DNA of 41,302 nt from Bacillota bacterium (lineage in GTDB: Bacteria; Bacillota_I; Bacilli_A; RFN20; CAG-826): the NCBI GenBank assembly GCA_023443485.1, contig JAEZUH010000005.1, forward strand, positions 1 to 41,302, read 5' to 3'. How positions within the stretch are numbered: position 1 is the stretch's first letter; the number at the start of each line of letters is the position of its first letter. The translations under genes and the position numbers were made by a program. Below, in pieces: positions 34,447 to 41,302 of the stretch. Below the pieces are notes generated by a model, which was not told where the DNA came from, searched no databases, and saw only the letters and a list, made by a program, of their open reading frames with translations.

Positions 34447-34475
34447 TTGTTAATAACAAGAATTTCAATTATAAT
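34447..34475 (+). promoter_or_regulatory. candidate promoter TTGTTA-17-TATAAT overlapping a perfect 7-1-7 palindrome
   Basis: -35 at 34447-34452 and -10 at 34470-34475. The palindrome CTTGTTA-A-TAACAAG at 34446-34460 covers the -35. SD GGGAG lies before ATG 34505. Confidence 0.4.
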
Positions 34476-34504
34476 CAAATAAATGAGACAGGGAGAAAGA
34501 TAAC

Positions 34505-35596
34505 ATGAAAGTTTTGGAAGTGATAAGCACATTAGAACCCACAGGTGGAGCCGAAACTTTTGCGGTTAATTTTTCAAGAGAATTGCGACAAATTTCTGAC
34601 TTAAAAGTTGTTGTTTTGTATCAAAAACATAAAAGTTATTTTGAAGAAAAAATTAAAGAAGCCGATATCGATTTAGTCTTTTTAAACAAAAAGAAACGTT
34701 TTGATTTAAAAAATGCAAAAGAGCTAAGAAATATTATCAAAGAATTTAAACCCGATGTTATTCATACGGAAAACAACGCTTTAATTCCCGTTTATCTAGC
34801 ATTACGTAATATTAAAAAAAGCCATCTCCCAAAAGTGTTCCACACCATGCACCTTAAAGCAGAAGAAGAAACTTCTAATAAAATTGTGCGATTCCTCTTT
34901 AAATCCATTTTTAAAAACCCAAATTATATCCCTGTTGCAATTACAGAGACTTTGTCCAATGAATCCAAAGCTTTCTACAAAAACCCGTTTGTTCCTTACG
35001 TTAACAACGGAGTCTCATTGGAGCCATTTAGAAATGATAAGCCACTTAAATTGAGAAAATATGACATAGTTGTTGTTGGAAGATTCGCCCGTGAAAAGAA
35101 TCACTTTTTTGTTGTTTCTTGCTTCATAGAACTAAAGAAAAAGTTACCAAATATTCAGATTTCACTTGTTGGCGGTGGCGAATTACTTGATGATGTGAAG
35201 AAATTTGTTTCCGACAATGATGCCCAAGATTTTATTCATTTCACAGGGATTTTGAATAGCCCTGCTGAAATTGTTAAGGAATCCAAAATCATCGCTCTTG
35301 GATCTCTTTTTGAAGCCAATCCCTTATCATTACTAGAAGGTATGTCTGCCGGATGTATTGTTGTTTCCTCTAATGTCGGTGGTGTTGCCGACATAATTAA
35401 TGAAGGACAAAATGGTTTTTTGTTTGAGTCTGGTGATAGAGAAAAATTCGTTGACATTTTGAACAAAGTCCTATCAAATATTGATTCATATCAAGATATG
35501 AGCGATTTCAATGTTAAATATAGCGATCAATTTTCGATGAGAGAATGTGCAAAAAAATATTACGATCTTTTTGAAGAGAACATCGAAAAGAAATAA
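34505..35596 (+). CDS. family 4 (GT-B) glycosyltransferase
   Basis: N-terminal GGAETF and the C-terminal EANPLSLLEGMSAGCIVVSSNVGG...GQNGFL (E-x7-E region) are typical of GT4. Confidence 0.85.
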   Translation: MKVLEVISTLEPTGGAETFAVNFSRELRQISDLKVVVLYQKHKSYFEEKIKEADIDLVFLNKKKRFDLKNAKELRNIIKEFKPDVIHTENNALIPVYLALRNIKKSHLPKVFHTMHLKAEEETSNKIVRFLFKSIFKNPNYIPVAITETLSNESKAFYKNPFVPYVNNGVSLEPFRNDKPLKLRKYDIVVVGRFAREKNHFFVVSCFIELKKKLPNIQISLVGGGELLDDVKKFVSDNDAQDFIHFTGILNSPAEIVKESKIIALGSLFEANPLSLLEGMSAGCIVVSSNVGGVADIINEGQNGFLFESGDREKFVDILNKVLSNIDSYQDMSDFNVKYSDQFSMRECAKKYYDLFEENIEKK

Positions 35597-35624
35597 ACAC
35601 ATAAGTAGTAAAGGAAGAGTAATT

Positions 35625-36404
35625 ATGAAAGTTATCATTTTAGCAGGCGGTTTCGGAACAAGGATTTCTGAAGAATCTCAATTTAAACCAAAGCCAATGA
35701 TTGAAATTGGTGGAATGCCAATTTTGTGGCATATTATGAAAGAATTTTCGGCGTATGGTTATAACGAATTCATCATTTGCGCTGGATATAAACAAGAATA
35801 CATCAAGCAATGGTTTAGTAATTATGCTTTATTCACAAACGATGTGTCTTTTGATTTTGGTAAAAATGGTGAAGTAACTCTTCATCGAAAACACGCCGAG
35901 AAATGGAAAGTGACTATTGCTGATACAGGATTAAATACACAAACTGGTGGTCGAGTAAAAAAAATCAAAGATTATGTTGGCAACGAACCTTTTATTCTCA
36001 CCTATGGTGATGGTGTTTCTGATATCAATATTGATGATTTAGTTACATTTCATAAAAAGAGCGGCAAGATTGGCACGATTAGCGTCTATAACTTTGGACA
36101 AGACAAAGGTGTTCTTGAACTAGGATTTAACGATGAAGTCAAAGCTTTTAGAGAAAAATCTGATTTAGATGGAGACTTAATTAATATTGGTTTCATGGTT
36201 TTAGAGCCAGATTTTTTTGACTATATCGATGGAGATGAAACTGTTTTAGAAAAATCACCAATGGATAAATTAGTCAAAGAACACCAGCTATCTGCATATG
36301 TCCATAAAGGCTTTTGGCAATGCATGGATACTTTAAGAGAAAAAGAAAGACTGGAAAAGGCTTGGAGTTCAGGTCGCGCTCCATGGAAGGTTTGGAAGGA
36401 TTAA
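35625..36404 (+). CDS. rfbF: glucose-1-phosphate cytidylyltransferase
   Basis: [43 protein letters not shown] and a C-terminal PWKVW are hallmark RfbF/DdhA/AscA features. ATG 35625 follows AAGGAAGAG. The track's 35547 extension is rejected. Confidence 0.9.
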   Translation: [259 protein letters not shown]

Positions 36405-36405
36405 T

Positions 36406-37461
36406 ATGAAGTTCGATTTATCTTTTTATAAAGATAAGACAGTATTGATTACCGGCCATACTGGTTTTAAGGGTTCGTGGTTATCACAAATCCTCGTATT
36501 AGCTGGCGCGAATGTCATTGGCTACTCACTTGAACCAAACACAAACCCAAATCTTTTTAGCATCCTAAAATTAGATGAAAAAATGCACTCATACATTGGA
36601 GACATCCGCGATTTAAATAAACTTCGTGAAGTTTTTGATCGCCACCAGCCTCAGATAGTCATACATTTAGCGGCTCAACCAATCGTAAGAGATTCTTACA
36701 AAGATCCTGTTTACACATATGAAACAAATGTAATTGGTACAGTTAATGTATGCGAATGCGTTCGCCTGCATCCCTGTGTAAAATCGTTCCTCAATGTCAC
36801 GACCGATAAAGTCTATGAAAATAATGATATTCCAGACCATCCATTTAGAGAAGATGAAAAACTAGATGGATACGATCCATACAGCAACTCAAAGAGTTGT
36901 AGTGAGTTAGTTACTCATTCTTATGTAAAAAGTTTCTTATTACCTCTAGGAATTCCAACCAGTACAGCAAGAGCGGGTAATGTCATTGGGGGAGGAGATT
37001 TTTCTAATGATCGAATCATCCCAGATTGCTATCGTGCTTTGGCAGGTAAAAAGCCTTTAGTCATTCGCAATCCCCATTCAACAAGGCCATACCAACATGT
37101 TTTCGAACCATTGATTTGCTATTTGCTAATCGCTCAAAAGCAATATGAAGATAAAACTGTTGCTGGTGCATATAACGTTGGTCCTGATTCAGATAGTTTT
37201 GTTAATACTAAACTACTTGTTGAAAAGTTTAAGCTACATGCTTCTGGTTTTGATTACCGAATCGAATCAGATGGTGGCCCTCACGAAGCGGCATTCCTAT
37301 CACTTGATAATTCAAAAATCAAAAAAGCTTTTGGTTGGTTACCATTAATGGGAATTGGTGAAGCAGTGAAAATCACTGCCGAATGGTACATAGCCTTTAT
37401 TAATAACGAGGACATGATTAATATTTCCAACAAACAAATAAAGGAGTACTTTGGCGTATGA
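36406..37461 (+). CDS. rfbG: CDP-glucose 4,6-dehydratase
   Basis: VLITGHTGFKGSWL, TTDKVYEN and YSNSK (YxxxK), with length and order after rfbF typical of RfbG/DdhB/AscB. Confidence 0.9.
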   Translation: MKFDLSFYKDKTVLITGHTGFKGSWLSQILVLAGANVIGYSLEPNTNPNLFSILKLDEKMHSYIGDIRDLNKLREVFDRHQPQIVIHLAAQPIVRDSYKDPVYTYETNVIGTVNVCECVRLHPCVKSFLNVTTDKVYENNDIPDHPFREDEKLDGYDPYSNSKSCSELVTHSYVKSFLLPLGIPTSTARAGNVIGGGDFSNDRIIPDCYRALAGKKPLVIRNPHSTRPYQHVFEPLICYLLIAQKQYEDKTVAGAYNVGPDSDSFVNTKLLVEKFKLHASGFDYRIESDGGPHEAAFLSLDNSKIKKAFGWLPLMGIGEAVKITAEWYIAFINNEDMINISNKQIKEYFGV

Positions 37462-38381
37462 ATAAAGTTGTAGTGACCGGTGCTTCAGGCTTTGTTGGAT
37501 CGGCAGTAATAAAAAACTTATTAGAGCGAGATATTGAAGTTTTAGCTCTAGATGTTATCGATGACCCTTCTTTCAGACTCAATCTTTCAAATTCAAAACT
37601 GACATATAAGAAATGCGATATTTTTCAACTCGAGGACGTTAGGAGACACTTATTAGATGGTGGTTTTGATGCTTTTTATCATTTCGCATGGCTCGGCTCG
37701 GCCGGCCCACTTAGGGAAGACACGGATGTACAAATTAAGAATGCGACTGGTACAGTCGAATTGATGAAACTAGCTAATGAATGCAGTATAAAAAAATTTA
37801 TTTGTGCTGGCACAATAATGGAATTTGAAACTTTTTCAGCCATCTACGCTCAGAACAATAAACCGCAAATGTCCTACATCTATGGAGTGGGCAAACAGCT
37901 AGCCCATTTACTTTGTAAACCCATCGCGAATAAAATTGGAATTGAACTGGTGTGGACATACATTACCAATGCCTTTGGCGTTGGTGAAAAGTCTCCGCGT
38001 CTCATTAATTCAACAATTAGAAAATGTATTAAAGGAGAACCTCTTGAATTCACAAGTGGAACTCAAAAATATGATTTCTTATATATCGATGACGTCGCTG
38101 AGGCATTCTACTTAATTGGTGAAAAAGGAAAAGCTAATAAATCCTACGTAATCGGGTCTGGAAAAGCTGGACCTCTTAGAATATTTTTAGAAAAAGCTGT
38201 TCGAATGTGCGATGAAAACGCTAAACCATTGTTTGGTAATATGCCTTTCACTGGAACTGATTTAGACATCAATGTTTTCTCGATTCAAGAGTTACGAAAT
38301 GATTGCGGCTTCGAGCCTAAAATCTCTTTTGAAGAGGGCATTAAAAGAACGTATGAATGGTTAAAAAAAGAGGAAGCATAA
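37458..38381 (+). CDS. NAD(P)-dependent SDR (extended family) sugar-nucleotide 4-reductase/epimerase, CDP-paratose-synthase/AscF-like
   Basis: VVVTGASGFVGSAV Rossmann motif and YGVGK (YxxxK). ATGA overlap with rfbG. The specific activity is not assignable from sequence. Confidence 0.75.
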   Translation: MNKVVVTGASGFVGSAVIKNLLERDIEVLALDVIDDPSFRLNLSNSKLTYKKCDIFQLEDVRRHLLDGGFDAFYHFAWLGSAGPLREDTDVQIKNATGTVELMKLANECSIKKFICAGTIMEFETFSAIYAQNNKPQMSYIYGVGKQLAHLLCKPIANKIGIELVWTYITNAFGVGEKSPRLINSTIRKCIKGEPLEFTSGTQKYDFLYIDDVAEAFYLIGEKGKANKSYVIGSGKAGPLRIFLEKAVRMCDENAKPLFGNMPFTGTDLDINVFSIQELRNDCGFEPKISFEEGIKRTYEWLKKEEA

Positions 38382-38954
38382 ATGGTACAAAAATTTTCTT
38401 TTCAAAAATTGGAACTTGAAGGCGCTTATCTAATCAAACCTTTTTTTGCTTCAGATATAAGAGGTGGGTTTTTAAAAGATTACTCAAAAGATCTTTTCAA
38501 AGCCAACGGAATAAACTATGAGTTAGATGAGGTGTTCTATACAATCTCACATAAAGGTGTCATTCGTGCTCTCCATTTTCAAGAAGTCAATCAACAACCA
38601 AAACTGGTTAGATGTGTTTCTGGCAAAGTTTTCGATGTTATAGTCGACATGAGACCATATTCACCAACTTTTAAAAAGTGGTTAGGGTTTTATTTATCAG
38701 CTGAAAACATGGATGAGTTGCTTATTCCTGCCCATTTTGCTCACGGATATCTAGTTTTGGAAGACTCAATAGTTTCTTATAAATGCGCCGCTCCTTTTGA
38801 TGGAGCGAATGATAGCGGAATTATGTATAACGATCCCGACATCAATGTTAAATGGCCGTTTGAAGAAATAGGTGGAGAAGATAATTTAATCATCGCTGAC
38901 AAAGACAAAAATCTTCAGTCTTTTCAAGAATATGTGAAGCGAGGATGCAAATAA
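38382..38954 (+). CDS. NDP-4-keto-6-deoxyhexose 3,5- (or 5-) epimerase, RmlC/AscE-like cupin
   Basis: F-D-RG-F, RALHFQ, QPKLVRCVSGKVFDVIVDMR, and the HGY-type catalytic region are RmlC family features. 190 aa. Confidence 0.85.
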   Translation: MVQKFSFQKLELEGAYLIKPFFASDIRGGFLKDYSKDLFKANGINYELDEVFYTISHKGVIRALHFQEVNQQPKLVRCVSGKVFDVIVDMRPYSPTFKKWLGFYLSAENMDELLIPAHFAHGYLVLEDSIVSYKCAAPFDGANDSGIMYNDPDINVKWPFEEIGGEDNLIIADKDKNLQSFQEYVKRGCK

Positions 38955-40003
38955 TGAAGAAGAGAATGCTATTTATCGCTTCAATGCCTTCGGAAAAATT
39001 TCATTTCGATGGAGAAAGAAACAAATCTGGAGATGTTTTTTCCTGCTTAAAACAAATGAATTTTGATATCGATATTATCGATTACACTAAAAATAAATAC
39101 CTCCAAACTATTAAATTGGTTTGGAAATCAATGTTTAAAAAGTACGATATCATTTTTATTTCCAAGTGCGTTGTTGGCGGAACAATTGCTCTCCATCAAA
39201 TACTCAAATTCGGAAAAAGAAGCAATCATAAAAACATTTACTTCTACCTGATTGGAAATGGTTTTGAAGGTTTTGATGATAAAAAATACTACAAAGGTGA
39301 TCTGAAAGAATGCCAAGCGGTTATTGTTGAATCATTAGATGTCGTTAAATCACTCGCCGAAAACGGAATTACCAAAACTCATATTTTCCCATGCGTTAAA
39401 AAAGAATATATTCTTAATCCAACTCAAAAAGATTACTCAACTAATGAACCTTTGAAACTCATTTTTTTCTCCCGGGTTATCAAAGATAAGGGTGTGTTAG
39501 ACGCGATTGAAGCTGTTAAAAAATTAAATCAAGACAAAGTAAAATTCACTTTAGACATTGCGGGAGGATATCCCGAAGAAGATCCCGCTCACAAGATTGC
39601 TGAAGAAGAAGCAACAAAACATTCATTTATCACTTATTTCGGAAAAACATTTCATATTTCCGGAATTGAATCTTATGAGAGATTGCAACAGTATGATCTC
39701 CATATTTTTCCATCTCATTTTTTCCAAGAATGCGCTCCTGGATCTATCCTTGATATGTTTATTGCGGGTGTTCCCACTCTTTCATCCCTCTTTCCAAACG
39801 CTTTAAACGTTATGAATGAGCGAAATTCCTATTTTTTCGAATTTAACAATTTTGATGATCTGGTTGCGAAACTTGATTATGTTTACGCCCGCAAAGAAGA
39901 ACTAAATTCCAAAAGGATCGAATCAAATAAAGAAGCACAAAAATATTTCCCAGCAACTTTTATAAAGTTTGTTGAAAACTTATTCATTAAGGAGAATGTA
40001 TGA
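38954..40003 (+). CDS. GT-B fold glycosyltransferase (GT4-like)
   Basis: The C-terminal [28 protein letters not shown] resembles the GT4 E-x7-E nucleotide-sugar binding region. TAATG overlap with the upstream stop. Confidence 0.65.
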   Translation: MKKRMLFIASMPSEKFHFDGERNKSGDVFSCLKQMNFDIDIIDYTKNKYLQTIKLVWKSMFKKYDIIFISKCVVGGTIALHQILKFGKRSNHKNIYFYLIGNGFEGFDDKKYYKGDLKECQAVIVESLDVVKSLAENGITKTHIFPCVKKEYILNPTQKDYSTNEPLKLIFFSRVIKDKGVLDAIEAVKKLNQDKVKFTLDIAGGYPEEDPAHKIAEEEATKHSFITYFGKTFHISGIESYERLQQYDLHIFPSHFFQECAPGSILDMFIAGVPTLSSLFPNALNVMNERNSYFFEFNNFDDLVAKLDYVYARKEELNSKRIESNKEAQKYFPATFIKFVENLFIKENV

Positions 40004-40884
40004 AAGGTATTATTTTAGCTGGTGGAAGCGGAACGCGCTTATATCCGCTCACTCTCTCGGTTTCTAAACAACTTTTGCCTGTTTATGACAAGCCATTAAT
40101 CTATTATCCATTGAGCATACTTATGCTTGCCGGAATTAGAGAAATTCTCATCATTAGTACTCCAACTGATTTGCCAAGATTTAAGTCACTTTTTGGTGAT
40201 GGAAGTGATTTTGGTATCAAACTAGAATACAAAGAACAACCATCTCCTGATGGTCTCGCCCAGTCTTTTATTTTAGGGGAAGATTTTATCGGTGGCGATG
40301 CAGTCGCGATGGTTCTTGGTGATAATTTATTCTATGGTGGAGGAATTAGAAAAAGACTCCTCGCCGCTTCTGAAAAAGCCGAAAAAGGAATTGCGACGAT
40401 TTTTGGTTACTTTGTTAGCGATCCAGAAAGATTTGGAATTGCGGAATTTGATGATGATTTAAATGTCCTATCAATTGAAGAAAAACCAAAGAATCCAAAA
40501 TCCTCTTATGCGATTACTGGTCTCTACTTTTTTGATAACAAGGCCTCCGAATATGCTAAAAATGTAAAACCATCTATTCGAGGCGAATTAGAAATAACAG
40601 ATGTTATTCAGCAATATCTCGACAAGAACAAATTAACCATCGACCTTTTGGGTCGTGGATTTACTTGGTTCGACACTGGGACAACTGACTCGTTGGTTGA
40701 AGCAAGCCAATTTGTGCGAATGATTGAAAATCATCAAGGGATCCAACTATCTTGCCTTGAAGAAATTGCTTTCATCAATGGTTGGCTTTCTAAGGAAAAA
40801 CTCATAGAAAGAGCAACCGCAATGGGAAAAAGCCAATATGGCAAACATTTGCGAAATGTTGCTGAAGGAAAAATAAAATATTAA
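40000..40884 (+). CDS. rfbA: glucose-1-phosphate thymidylyltransferase
   Basis: [50 protein letters not shown], with YGLAQSF-like DGLAQSF and EITDV, is an unambiguous RmlA signature. Confidence 0.95.
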   Translation: MKGIILAGGSGTRLYPLTLSVSKQLLPVYDKPLIYYPLSILMLAGIREILIISTPTDLPRFKSLFGDGSDFGIKLEYKEQPSPDGLAQSFILGEDFIGGDAVAMVLGDNLFYGGGIRKRLLAASEKAEKGIATIFGYFVSDPERFGIAEFDDDLNVLSIEEKPKNPKSSYAITGLYFFDNKASEYAKNVKPSIRGELEITDVIQQYLDKNKLTIDLLGRGFTWFDTGTTDSLVEASQFVRMIENHQGIQLSCLEEIAFINGWLSKEKLIERATAMGKSQYGKHLRNVAEGKIKY

Positions 40885-41302
40885 ATGAATCTAACCAAAC
40901 GAACATTGAACGATTTATTAATCTCATTTAGCTCCACTAAGGGGTTTCATGAAACATCCTTTTTACTTGAATGGATTAATCAAGAAAACGCGGCAAACAA
41001 GGCCGTTCTCTCTCCTTATGAAATTTCAGATGATTCTTTTTGGTTTTTTGATAAAGAAAATTCAACAGTTAGAAATAGAAACAATTCTTTCTTCTCCATC
41101 TCTGGAATTAAAAGAGAAGATAATGAGCAACCAATAATTCTTCAAAATGAAGTTGGGTATTTAGGTATTATTGGGAAAAGAATTAATGGAGTTTTGCATT
41201 TCTTAATGCAAGCTAAAATTGAACCAGGGAATATTAATAATATTCAAATATCACCCACCATTCAGGCAACCGAAAGCAACTTTACTCAAAAACATGGTGG
41301 CA
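40885..41302 (+). CDS. NDP-hexose (dTDP-4-keto-6-deoxyglucose) 2,3-dehydratase, EvaA/TylX3 family; 5' part only, runs off the window
   Basis: My own translation from ATG 40885 (directly after the rfbA stop): MNLTKRTL...[72 protein letters not shown]. It contains the family's hallmark QPEIG-LG...G---FL-QAK-EPGN------SPT-QAT-SN pattern. It is absent from the ORF track because no stop falls in the window. Track ORF 40949-41137 is an out-of-frame shadow. Confidence 0.8.
   Translation, partial: [139 protein letters not shown]

Noticed and set aside
40949-41137. 62-aa ORF from the supplied track
   Set aside because: It lies out of frame inside the much better supported 2,3-dehydratase reading frame that starts at 40885 and runs to the window end. 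It has no motif content.
1-41302. Alternative genetic code (TGA = Trp, Mollicutes), CRISPR arrays, and tRNA/rRNA genes
   Set aside because: TGA terminates well-supported genes, such as the HK-like ORF at 16433-16435 and the ATGA junctions at 22985 and 37458. Trp is encoded by TGG throughout. I found no direct-repeat/spacer array and no GC-rich cloverleaf-like segment in any intergenic region.

Overview
This is a 41.3-kb chromosomal segment from a low-GC, standard-code bacterium. TGA is used as a stop and Trp is TGG, so it is not genetic code 4. Lipoprotein signals and gene content suggest a Bacillota or Acholeplasma/Erysipelotrichia-like organism, but the taxon cannot be fixed from sequence alone. 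All functional calls come from reading motifs in the supplied translations; no database search was possible.

Layout:
- 0.1-2.9 kb: housekeeping genes (hpf, a Cof-type HAD phosphatase, two unknowns).
- 2.9-5.3 kb: an ABC importer pair (lipoprotein SBP plus permease, no ATPase) and a divergent Crp/Fnr regulator.
- 5.3-11.5 kb: a metal-homeostasis block (feoA-feoB plus a FeoB-associated Cys-rich peptide; a CopA-type P1B ATPase, a ZIP transporter and an HMA chaperone).
- 12.3 kb to the window end: a mosaic surface-polysaccharide region, interrupted by ldh and envelope genes. It holds wzx, a small phosphoglycosyl transferase, a pyruvyl transferase with an FrhB-like Fe-S partner, an acyltransferase, ugd, GT2/GT4 glycosyltransferases, wzy, the UDP-L-FucNAc genes fnlABC, a CDP-hexose branch (rfbF/rfbG plus reductase plus RmlC-like epimerase) and a dTDP branch (rmlA plus an NDP-hexose 2,3-dehydratase that runs off the window end).

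The most unusual element is an AT-rich two-gene module at 14.48-16.44 kb. It encodes a receiver-domain protein with a non-DNA-binding C-terminal domain, overlapping a soluble, Cys-rich-sensor histidine-kinase-like ATPase. A 689-nt non-coding gap lies upstream. A decayed ldh fragment follows immediately downstream, and an IS3-like transposase remnant lies about 2.7 kb further on. This is my best candidate for an undescribed signalling or defence-type system.

Other notable points are an XRE-HTH fused to the FnlA/CapE dehydratase, a CDP-6-deoxyhexose pathway lacking the 3-dehydrase, and a 2,3-dehydratase (deoxysugar chemistry typical of antibiotic pathways) in a surface-glycan locus. No rRNA, tRNA or CRISPR array was seen.
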